DNA of 64,000 nucleotides, taken from the NCBI GenBank assembly GCA_027604505.1, contig JADIIX010000114.1, positions 1-64,000 on the forward strand, given 5' to 3'. The position numbers and the translations under genes are program-made. Under the pieces are notes generated by a model that saw only the letters and a program-made list of their open reading frames with translations, was not told the origin of the DNA and made no database searches. Source of the stretch: Gonapodya sp. JEL0774 (lineage: Eukaryota). This document shows positions 25,096-36,900 of this stretch, in pieces (the stretch's first letter is position 1; each line of letters starts with the position of its first letter).

Positions 25096-25539
25096 GTGGT
25101 GCTTTCTGATCAGCCGCGTTCAGGACCAATTAAACGAACGCATTCAACATTTTGTGCAGGGTATGAGAGAAGTGACGCATATAATTTATAATTATGTCTC
25201 GGACACGTTTGAATGTTCTTTAGGCACGGGAGGGGGGCTTGTGTGTTTTTGTGCGTGTGGATCTGTGTGGATGGGGTTTGGGAAAGCAAATACAATTGGT
25301 GTGAACTCTGCGCAACCTCTGTGGATTTGTGGCCGCGGGTCCGCGGTGCGCACGAATCACGGAGTTGTTTCCGGTTTAGCCGAAAGTCCGAATCTCCGTG
25401 GCAGAACCAGGAAACGTGGGCAGCCTCTCCGCTCTCAACTGAAAGGAGAAGAACGAAGGACAGAAGAGGGTACATTCTGATTGCATCATTCTTGCGGAAG
25501 CAACATTCGTTCACTATTTGTCTTCAGTTCTCCCTCGAA

Positions 25540-28500
25540 ATGGCAGACCAGTCCAAGGAGGTTGATGGGGAGAAGTTGAATCAGCATCAAGGAAATCACG
25601 TCTTCGGCGATGATACCACCGAGTATACGCGTTCAGAGCTGGAGAAGCGCGGATACCTGGAGACTCTGGGACGACAATTCCGTGAGTTTCATACTCCCAA
25701 TTAGGAACAGGACGCAGATTGCAATTCTCTCCAGGATTTTACTTGACATGTGATGGAGCTCGCTTGTGATAACCATTTTCGGGACAGTGCGTGGATAGTG
25801 TCAGCTGTGAGGCTGTCTGTGGAGCTGCGATGAGTTTGCGCAGGAGCCCCGTGAGATCTTTCAATTCTAATCAATTTCCAACACGTCAGTGATTATGATG
25901 ACTAGAAACTACACGCTTTACGTTAAGCGTTACTACCAGTCCACAATCGCTCAAATTGTCATCGCTCCGATTATCTTCTTGCTACTCCTGTTCATCCTCC
26001 AGAAGGCTGACACTGCTCAACAGTTGAGATCCAACTACCACCCTCTGAGCTATCCTCTAAACGGTATTGCCCAGTGCCAGGTAAGTGGGAAGAATGGGCG
26101 TTCACTCTTCGTTTATCTCATCGTTTGTCCATTTCGACATCAGGGCGCCACCTACCGAGACCCGTGCATCAACGTGATGTTCAGCCCCCCCTCCGACCCA
26201 GTTGTCTTGTCTATCATGTCTGTTTTCGCGCAAGGTCAAAAGAGCAGGACCAATCTCCAGTGGTATGTGAATGCTCCTGCTTTTCCGTGACCCCTTAGCC
26301 TAAATCGATAACACACTGTCTCAGGAACATTGAAACCCCTCTAACTGGTATTTGAAAGCAAGCTCTGTTCTATTTTCTGGAAGTGGTGCACTCATATGAT
26401 CGAAACGGCGCACAGATGTTAACAAGCTTCCGGACCGCGTCTGGGGTCTCGTACCGGTCCCAGATGCTGATTTTATCTATGCCTACTCACTTGCAAACCC
26501 CAATGTTACACAATACGGTAAGGTACAAAATGTCTATTTGTTTTGTACGCGGAAGTCTCATCACACCACATTTTGTAACTTACAGCAATCGTGTGGAACA
26601 ATAACTTCTCAGTTCCATCTGCGCCCAACTATCGATATCAGATTTGGTTCAATTACACCACAGGTTCGTTGCATCTTCTCTTCCCTCAGCGTTCTGTCGT
26701 GACGCACGCATCCCCACCCTTAAGTGGGAAATGGGTCCGATGTCTTTGGCATGGATGTCGTTTCTCTCACTCGGCAGCTCGATGAGGCGATAATCAGTTA
26801 CGCAAACAGCCCCAACGTTGACGCCAATCAAATACAAAGAGCCATCTACGATATCAAGCTCAAGGACTGGCCTTACATTCCGCCATCGGCAACATCGGAT
26901 TCTATTGTGCAGAGTCTTGGGACTGTGTTCTTCTTCTGTGCTGCCATGGTTATCTTCATAAATATCCTGAACACAATTGTGCAGGAGAAGGAGCTGAAAT
27001 TGAGGCATGCTATGCAAATGATGGGTCTGAAGGTGAGTACAGCGGTCGCTGTTCCATCCACAATTTATCTATGATCCATGAAACCATTCACTAGAGTGCT
27101 GTGTATTGGATATCGTACTTTGTCACCTATGCTCTTGAAACCGCAGTTGCATCCCTGGTATGATCTGACTTCCAACAATTTAAAACCATTGCTTCTGACA
27201 AATTCCATTCCCAGGTCACATGCGTCTTTGGTCTTGCGTTCCAATTTGAAGCTTTCAAGAACGCCAACTTCGGTGTTTTATTTTTCACATTTTTCCTCTT
27301 TGGTTTGGCCATGAATAACATGGCATTCTTCATCACCACACTTGTTCGGAGGTCCAGCGTTGGTGTCCTCATCGGAATGTGGGCTATTTATTTCGAGTCC
27401 TTTTACTGACACTTGAAATGACGCTCGTGTGCCAATCTTAGCTTCCTCTTCATAGTTGGCTTGTTGTTCGAATCTTTTGTGTTCTCCAGTGGTTACCTTG
27501 GGTATGGTCCAGTGGAAACCGATTTTTTTTTGTCCGGTCCTTAACACCACGTTTCCTTTTGATAGGTACATTTGGTGGGAAAATGTTTCTACAATTAGTC
27601 CTACGGGATGGAAAGGTAAGGCAGAAGTCCTGGTGAGAGGCGCTCTCGGTTATGCCAACGTAATTTTTGGTCCGCAGTGCTTCTGTTCCTCCCTTTCTTT
27701 AACTGTAAGCTTCACATCCTAATGCTTTTGCTGTAACGTCCTTTCACGACTGTCCGCCCTTTTAGTCGGCAAAATGTTCCTGGACATCACGACACTGACG
27801 ACAGGAAAAATCGACACTTTGACTAGCACGTATATCCAAGGTCCTGGATTCCCGTGAGAATTTTGTTTTCACCGTGTACTGGATTGCGGAACTCGTGGGA
27901 TAAATGTACCATTTGCATCTTTTCTATTTTATTTGAATTCGCAGATGGGCTCAACTTTACAATCCGGTCCCTAACAACTTGCTTCCAGTATATGGCGATT
28001 ACCAACCCATTGTGCCGGCACCGGTTCAGAGCTGGCACTTCCTACTTATTGATATCGTGTTTTTCGGGGTCCTGACCTGGTGGGTACTCTTCTTAGCCAC
28101 AAAAACCCAGTCTTTCAAAACGATTTCGCTTGCCAATTTGATGTTAGGTATTTCGACCAAGTCATACAAGACGAGTTTGGTGTCGCCCGTGTGCCTTGGT
28201 TTTTGGTCACTCCATCGTATTGGGGATTTGGCAAACGCTCGAAGGGTCGGGACGACGACCAGTGGGTCCCCTGGCTGAACTCCGTAAAGGCCGCAGCTGC
28301 GAAAGCTGGTCTCGATAAAATTGATGAGGAGGATGACGAGGACGTTGCCGTGGAAAGGCAGAAAACTCTGAATACTGCTGGTGGGATCTGACTCGTCGTG
28401 TTGATGCCCTCTGAATGCTCACCTGTCTGTTTGCCAATCAGATAAAAGCAGCGCCGTCCGCATCGCTCATCTACGTAAGGTATACTACCAGTCCAGCTGG

Positions 28501-30142
28501 CGTAAAACCAAGAATGACAAAGTTGCGGTGAGCAACCTCAACTTGACTTTTGAGGAAGGCACGCTTCTGGCCCTGCTTGGACAAAACGGGGCAGGAAAAT
28601 CGACCACTATCAACATGTAAGGAAATCTGGGAATCTGTTGGAGGATGTTTATGAGTATTCTAATTCTCTCCCTTTTGTGCTCAGCCTTTCCGGAATGACT
28701 CCTCCAACTCTCGGTGATGCACTCATATACGGCTTTAGTGTGCGGGACGACCAGGAAGCAATCCGCTCCATCATGGGGGTGTGCCCTCAGGTGAATGTGC
28801 ACTGCATCTTGGTGTTCGTTCATTTCTAACAGTTCAGAGATTAGCACGACATCTTGTTTTCGGACCTCACGGCGGAGGAGCATATAGCATTGTGAGATTC
28901 TACTATTCGATTTCTCGTGTGACGCAATCACTCAAAGATGTGGCAGGTACGGGGGTTTGAAGGGCGTTTCGTACAGCACGATGGCCAAAATTTCAGAGGA
29001 GCGTCTGAAAGCAGTTCGTCTGTGGAATGTGAAGGACCAACGTGCAGGAACGTACTCTGGTGGAATGAAGCGGAGACTATCGATGATGATTTCTACAATT
29101 GGGGACCCGAAAATCATTTTCATGGTGAGGATAGCAAACAGGTTTTACGTTTATGGGAGCTCAAGTATGTCGAAACCTCGATTCTCTCGGAAGGATGAAC
29201 CGACGACTGGAATGGATCCTGTCAATCGCCGGTGAGTGCGCGAACCGTGTGCATTCCGTTGGCCAGATGAGTCACATCCGTCCATATTCTAGGCATGTCT
29301 GGGCATTGTGAGGCTTGCACATTCCTCTATCGTGACTTTGTGTCGTTAAAGTTTTCATTCAACAGCATTGAAAGGTTCAAGAAGGGTCGTGTCATTGTGC
29401 TGACGACGCACTCTATGGAGGAGGCAGACGTCCTAGGTACGCTCCTGCACACATCAACAAGAATACTACCTTGCTTTGCGTTTTAAACACGATACATCGT
29501 TGCTGAAACCTCGGCAGGTGATCGCATCGGTATTATGGCGCATGCTCGCATTCGTGCCTTGGGCTCGTCTCTCCGGCTGAAGTCGAAATTTGGTGCCGGT
29601 TACAGGATCAGGTGAGCATTCAAGATAGACAATTAGCTCTATGCAAAGTGTTCCCATCACATTTTCCCGCCATAGTGTCGTCACAGATGCGACAACTGAA
29701 GTGATGAGTTTCGCAAAACTCAAGTTTGCCGAGTTCATCCCCGAGAGCGTCCTGGAAGATGACTCTGCTGGAGCGCTCATATACCAGATTCCGAGCGTGG
29801 CAATGAGCAAAATGCCAGCGTTTGTGAAGTACCTGGATTCGAACCCCGATGGGTTTGTCAAAGCATGGGGTGAGTGGAGAGAAATTGTGCAAAACGGAGT
29901 GTACGCCATGCTCATCAAGCTGCTTGGCGACGCTTGTAGGAATCTCGCAGACAACACTGGAAGAGGTCTTCTTGCGGTTGATTCGGGAAGCCGAGGGCCG
30001 GGATTTGTCTCCCCAAGAAAGTGCCGAGCTTGAGCAGCAGCTCCTGGCTGTGAAAAGACGCTCTTCGCGAGGGAATATAGTGGCAGCAAATGAGAATATG
30101 GAGATGTCTTCCCTAACAGAAACCGGGCGAGGCTCTGCTTGA
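25540..30142 (+). CDS. ABCA-subfamily ABC transporter, half-size (one TMD + one NBD), many introns
   Basis: [19 protein letters not shown], Walker [12 protein letters not shown], signature [39 protein letters not shown]. Confidence 0.93.
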
Positions 30143-30304
30143 TAGAATTTCTCAGTTACATAATTAAAATTGTGTATGAACTTATTGCCAATGAGTACAA
30201 TTCCAATTCAGAAAAGAAAGACGGTGATTGACATACTAATGAAAGATAGAAGGGAAGAGAAAGTGATGCATACACAACGAAACCCAACCAAAACCTAATG
30301 GAGC

Positions 30305-31841
30305 ATGCGATTCCAGGATCTTCCAGATGAAATCATCGTTAAGATTCTCTCGTGGCTGCAGGCTTCATCGTTGCTTCAGTTCGGAGTGTCGAGGTACAGG
30401 GCTGCAATAGTTTCCCCAATGTCCGGCTGAATCTCAATAAGCATTCACTTCATCACCATAAAAGCCGCCGTTTCAACAAAATATCGAACGAAAAAGTGTT
30501 GTGGTACCGCCTCTGCCAGGACACGGAGGTAGCGACACTTAGGGGAGCAGACGCACACGCACCGTTTACTGCCGTCTCTGCCCTCGATTGGAAATCTGAG
30601 TGGCGATGGCGCTTCGGGAAGCTCAGGATGTTCGATACCAGCTATGGAATCGGTAATCACAACGGCGTAGTATGGAGTGTCGTGCAAGACGAGCGAACAG
30701 AGCACGCGTTTTCGTCCGGGTCCGATGGAGCGGTGAAATACTGGAAACTGATGCCTGCGAATGATGGGGGCAAGGACTTTGGATGCGTTCGGACCATATT
30801 CGCCTCGGAAGGGATCGCCAAAGTCGATGCGCCTCTGGTTGGAGAATCTTCGACCGTGGCAAAGATGGGAGATGGGGCTCTTTTGTGCACGTGGAGGGGA
30901 CATTTGAGGGTGCTGGTGGGTTGGGTTGTTGGGTTGGCGTGGGTGTGGAACTTTCAGTCAACCTTTCCCGAACAACCCATCAGGACATTGAGTACGGCCG
31001 CTTCCTTGCTACTATCCCCGCTTCGACCTCCCCGATCTCGGCTGTTCTTCCCCTACACGCACCTCATGCGAGACTCTGTGCGACGGGCGATGCATCGCGA
31101 ACTGTAAAACTGTGGGACTTTCGCGTGCCCCCGACCCGTCATTCACACCCAACCACAGAATGGAAAACGGATGGTACTGTGTTGGCACTGGCACAGGCGG
31201 GGAATGCGGTCGTGGCCGGGGGGAGATTCCGGAGCTTAATGAGGTTCGATGTTAAGGCGGGCAAGTTGGAAAAAGCCATGTTCACGGGCGGCTACGTGCA
31301 CTCTCTCATGACTGGATCGCAAACAGGGCTTGTGATTGCAGGTGGTGGAGACAGACGTGGGGGCACGGTGGATTTGTGGGATGTCAGCGTAGGACATCGC
31401 ATTGCCCGCCATTCGCCACCTCGAGTACCGCATGGGTCTTTTGTTTCCTGTATTGCGGGAAACGGTACTGGTGGTACTCCTGCGACTCGAGTTTGCACAA
31501 CGAGCTGGGACGGAGTCGTGGCATTGTGGGATGGTTCCTGCTCCAAGGTTCGTCGTGTGGTGATGGACGTGAAAGGTGGAGCGGCGAGCTTCACTTGTGC
31601 GAGCGTAGGAGAAAAGAGACTTGTAGTGGGACATTTTGGTGGCGTGTCGTCAGTGGAGGTCGAGGCCGGTCGGTTTGAAGGGAGAGGTGAAGCGCGGTTG
31701 GTGGACGGTCATGGGATCACAGATGAGTTTTGGGAGAGTGACGAGGACAGCGCAGATGCAGCGGACGAAGGAGAGAATGGTGTCAGCAAGTCAGATCTTT
31801 GGAGAGTGTTGTCATGGGACCCGACCACGTTATGGCGATGA
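30305..31841 (+). CDS. F-box/WD40-repeat protein
   Basis: MRFQDLPDEIIVKILSWL F-box; WD repeats SSGSDGAVKYW, TGDASRTVKLWD, GTVDLWD, TSWDGVVALWD; two introns (second 30916-30983). Confidence 0.85.
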
Positions 31842-32480
31842 ATCAATAATCGTGGGTTGGTCAGCTGCTGCATCACAGGAGTATCATGACCACCCCAATG
31901 CCGCATACGTGGATAATGTGGTTTCGGGAAAGGTCAGTGGGATAAATGAAAAGTATTTTTAGAATTTCATGCGGACAATATGTGAACCGAGATTAAGGAT
32001 CTCAGCGTGAAATCTTTGTTACATAAATGTGCGAGGAGGGGCCCAATAATAATGTAGCGACCACATCGACCAGTGTTTCCTTCAGTTGTGAACAAAATGG
32101 AAGAAAATTTTCGAAAATTGGACTTGTAGTAATCCTAAAAGCAAAGTGTGAGTGCATGCGGAGGTGCTTCTCCTCTTTGTTTCTTTCGTTCGACCCTCCA
32201 CCACGCTTTTCTCGAATAGGGCCTCCCCCTGCCCCCCCTGCCCCCTCCCACCCCATTTTCTCCTTGTAGGACGATTTTCCCACCGCTAGCGCAGTGAGCA
32301 CGGGTCCGTATCGTTCGAGCCCTCGTTCTCGAAAACCCCACCGCAAAGCGCAAATCGGGTCTCAAGCTCGACCTCTCCCTTGAAGTGCCATGCAATTCCA
32401 GAGGTAACATGGCAGCTTATCCACGAAGGCCCTCCAACAAGGTGAAACTCACTGATCTGTGGACGCAGCACTAGCACGGA

Positions 32481-33038
32481 TTACAGTATGACCAGATCGA
32501 CCGGGGCACTACTGGTAACACTAAGCAGATCTGAGGTGTAGGAGGCGCCAGAAGGGACTGGAGGTTGGGATGAAGGGTCAAAAGTGTATTTGAAGGAGAC
32601 TGGAGGGAGATCAGGGGACGAGAGTAAGGAGGCGATCAAACCCCCCCCCGCCCCTGCCCCCCTCCCCTGCCACCATCCCTTGAAGAGAGACAATCCATAT
32701 TGAGTGCGGATCTGATTGTCCTGCTGCCAATAAGCCTTGGCCTGCTCGCAACAACCGCCTGCCCTGGCCAGTTATCCGATTGATGAGAGAGCTCTACGTA
32801 TCAATCCATGGTAAAATCAGCTCCAAAGGGATTTTGCAGAGTAGCAGAGTGTCTGAAGTAGTCTCAGATTAGGGGTCGAGGGCTGGGAGAAGGGTGCCGG
32901 AGGGGAATAGCAGAAAAGCAAGTAACGAGCAGAAAACAGCTGGCTCACTTGCGCTCGCGGCTCACCTCGTAAGCTTTTGGCTCCGATGCTCAATTTTCTC
33001 GTAGTTTGTTGTGGTTTCATGTTTCTGTAACATATCAA
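32481..33038 (-). mobile_element. Probable decayed (retro)transposon or pseudogene fragment
   Basis: ORFs 33038-32817 and 32693-32481 are one reading frame broken by two stops (TGA, TAA); intron-free and apparently CpG-poor by eye; no diagnostic domain recognised. Confidence 0.3.
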
Positions 33039-33996
33039 ATACAGTGACTACTCCATAACTGTTTCAGTTCACCTTTCAAATGAAGTCTGAAGCCTCTAGA
33101 CTCAGAAAGTCCATGGACACACACACAGTTATTAAACACCGTTGTCCCGACTCTGCACATCGTCCCAACTGGTCACGTGTAGACGGATAGAGACGCTAGC
33201 AGCTGACGTACTATACTATCACGCAATTTAATATCCATTTCAATTAATTTTCTCCGCTGCGCACAGCCTATCTAAATTATTCTTCCACCCAAGTGTGGGC
33301 AGGGCCAAAAGAATGTGTTTTGAGTTTCGACGAGACCAACCAACTCCACCTCGGATCCAAGCATAAAACGGAAGACAGAAGATTGATTGACACAAGAATA
33401 CAGCTATTTTGGCGCAGAATCATATTATGGGATTGCGCAGTCAGGACCCGTGCTCGAAAAATGATTAACCCTGTCAGAATGAAAATCGACACCACCACAG
33501 ACCAGCCCAGAGAGCCACCCCAGAATTCTCATCTGGGGATGGTTCGCCACCCCACTCTGATCTGGGGTGTGGCAAAGCATCGGAAGCAGGGACCACCCCC
33601 ATTTATGGGACCCCAGAATTCTGTTATGGATGGGCCTGCCCCCACATTCCCTCTCCAAGCGAATCCCCCGCTCTCCGTGTAATCCATTTTATCGCCTTCC
33701 CTCTAATATTGTGGTGGTTATCGGAGAGAAATGTCTTAATAGTACGGGAATTTCCAGCACCCCCAATATCTCTCGCTCTAGGCGAACTTCAATTCATCGC
33801 GTCTGTTATATCTTGCATTGAACATTACACATCATGCCAAGTGTTACTCACTGATGGAGAGAGTATCCATCCGTATAAATTGCATCCATAAACAAACAAG
33901 TGCGAGTGCTCCATCAGCAACTCAACACCAAACACCACACAATTCACTTCAAACATCTCCCCACAGAGGGTTGGTCGTCAGCGTTATCTTTGTAGG

Positions 33997-36900
33997 ATGC
34001 CGCCTCCTCCAATCGCAACGCCCCAGTTGCCGCCCGCCCTTCAGTTACCGGACTCCTCCCTCTCTCTCCACTCGGTTCTCTCAATCGACACATCGCGACG
34101 GCGAAATCTCCACTTTATCGACGATGCAAATATCGTATCCGCAGTCGGAAACGTCGTCGTCCTCTTGAACCTCAAATCCGGAGAGCAGCGTTCTGTGCGA
34201 CCACCAAGAGACGGCGCGGTCGGCGCTATTGCTGTTCATCCCCGAAGGACATTTTTGGCACTCGCGGAAGTCTGTCCCACCCATATAGGCCGTCCAAACA
34301 TTTACATCTACTCGCTTCCGGACCTCGCTCTCATACGCACCCTCCCAGACGGCGCAGAGAGAGGATACGCGGACCTAGCGTTCAATGAAGACGGAACCAA
34401 GCTCGCCAGTGTTGGACTCGATCCAGATTACATGTTGACCGTTTGGAACTGGGATGAACAGGTCGTCATTCTCAAAAGCAAGGCCTTTTCTCAGGTGAGA
34501 GTCAATGAACACAAATGGGGACACGGAATGTGATGGCGATCCTTTAGGAGAGAGGAAAGCATCTGTCTGCTCGCTGCTCTTGCTTTGCAATTGACAGAGG
34601 TGGGGTGGCCTTTGACATCTCCCGTGCAAAGCTATCACCAACTACTTTTGCCCCCCACTCGGAGCATTCGGAACGTCACGTACAAGTCATATCTCATCTG
34701 GAACCTTTCTATTTCTGTCTTTAGGATGTTCTCCGTGTCTCCTTCCACCCCACAGATTCTGGCCAGCTCGTCACCTCCGGCATGGGCCACATCAAATTCT
34801 GGACAATGGCCTCCACCTTCACAGGCCTCAAACTCCAGGGCGAAGTTGGCAAATTCGGCGCCACCGAACTCTCGGACATCTACGCCTTCTTGCAGCTTCC
34901 GGACGGTAAGGTCCTCTCGTCCTCGGAATGGGGAAACCTCCTCCTCTGGGAGGGCGGTGTCATCAAGTGCGAGATCACGCAGACGGCGGGGAAGCGGTGT
35001 CATTCGGGGCGCGTTGAGGTAGTTATGGCCGGTGGGGAGGGGGAGGTGCTCACAGCCGGTGAAGATGGCGTGGTGCGGATATGGGATTTCGAAACCATCG
35101 ACGGGGCAGAAGGGGAACCGCAAGCGGCAGCACCGATCAGTGGCGACGGGGTGGCGGGGATGGACGATTCCGCAAAGTTGGACGTGGGATCCGGTACGAA
35201 ACTCGCGACCGGCGAGACTGGGTCGGGTCCCGCAGGTTCAACTCCCACGACGCCATCCGGTGCGTCCACCACCACAACAAGCACCACCTCGTCGAAAGTG
35301 TTTGCACTTCACCCTGCAGACGAGATCCCTTTAGGTCCCAACGTGCGACCCGTGGATATTGTGCCGGTCCCGTCGACCCCGGACGAGTACCTGGTCCTGG
35401 ACCGGATGGGGGCCCTCCACAGGCTCAACGTCAAGAAGCGTACCTGCGTTATCGTGGTCACAGCACATGCAGGCGCCGTCGTTGGAGCTGCTAGCAGTGC
35501 CGTGGGACATGTTGTGGCATCAGTGGGCGCGGGGGGGACTGTACGAGTGGATCACGTCAGGAGAAAGGCGGTCGTGGCGAGGGGAAGATGGCCTGTGGCT
35601 GGCTCAGCAGTGGCGTATTTGCCAAAGGTTTGTCATCACTTGTTATTTCTGGCATTACTTTTCCCGCTCATATTCTCTTGTGTCCCATTTCCCCTCCACA
35701 CCTGGACCGTGTACTGTGTATATCACGGAATAACCTTCACAGTCTCTGGACCCCCTGGGAACCACTATCGCCCTCGGCTTTGCCGACGGCACTTTGCGCT
35801 TCGTCAACCACGCAAACCCGCAGGGTCCTCCTTCCTCTACCGACACCCAAGGCGACTCACCGTTCAAACTCACACACGTTCTCAAACCCCACTCCACCCG
35901 TATTGTTGCCGTTTGCATCGCACCTCACGGGCGTTTTCTTGCGACGGCGGGCGAGGATTGTACCGTATTTTTTTTTCAGGTGCTTCCTGCAGGGAAAAGG
36001 GGGAGTGCAAGTGAGCGGAGAGTGGAGTCGTTGTCTGGAGAGAGATCGGGACTTCCGCGGGCCGAAATTGACGCTCAATTGGGGTGGTCCAGAGACAAGG
36101 TCCAAATCAAACCTGTTGGATTCGTCAAGCTCCCATCAGCAGTCGCCAGCATGGGGTGGAGCCCAGATAATCACGTGCGGATCGATGCTGTGGAGACCGA
36201 GGTCGCAGAAGGAGGGAGAGACAATGAGCGCCTGAGTAGGGATCTTTGTGTTCCGAGTACGAAGGGGAGGCTTTTAATGGTGCTCCGGGGAGGTCAGGTC
36301 ATGCACGCTCTCGTTCCATCAGCAAGGGAAGTTGATTCGGGAATCAGCTTTCAATTGGACGCGAAGCAATGTCCGGTAGTCGGTTGGCGTTTGGGCGATC
36401 CCGCCCCGGAGTTAACGGCGAAGAGGAGAAAACTGCGGGAGGAAGAAGAGAGGAAACTTGAAGAAGCATCTCAAAATGGTGTGGCGAGGGAAGAAGGAGA
36501 GAGAGGGACAGAAGAGTCAAAAGAACTGGGAGGAAAGAACGACCAAGATGCAGACAAGGGAGCACAAAATCCACCATCCAAGGTTGAGCCGCGAGACACA
36601 TATGAGGATTTAGACTTGTTGGACGCTGTGCCCACCTACGTTTACTACTTGGAAGGCGGGTACTTCCTGCTAGCGCTGAAGACCCTGACGGGAAAGGGGG
36701 AGATTAGGACTTGCAAGTACAGCGAGCCAAATCATTCCCGGTGAGCGTGAAATTTGCTTGACTTTTTTTGCCGTATCCCTTGACTAACGGTGAATCTTCA
36801 ATGGAGCATTATCATGAGTGGGGACGCTCCATTCTCGGTAATCAATGTTTCCCCTTCTGGCAACTACCTCCTGGCTGGTACTGTTGATGGTACCACCTAC

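Noticed and set aside
30783..31107. Apparent frameshift in the F-box/WD40 gene
   Set aside because: Resolved by GT-AG intron 30916-30983
36773..36781. GTATCCCTT U12-type donor-like string
   Set aside because: Lies inside an ordinary GT-AG intron, not at an exon boundary, and is an imperfect match
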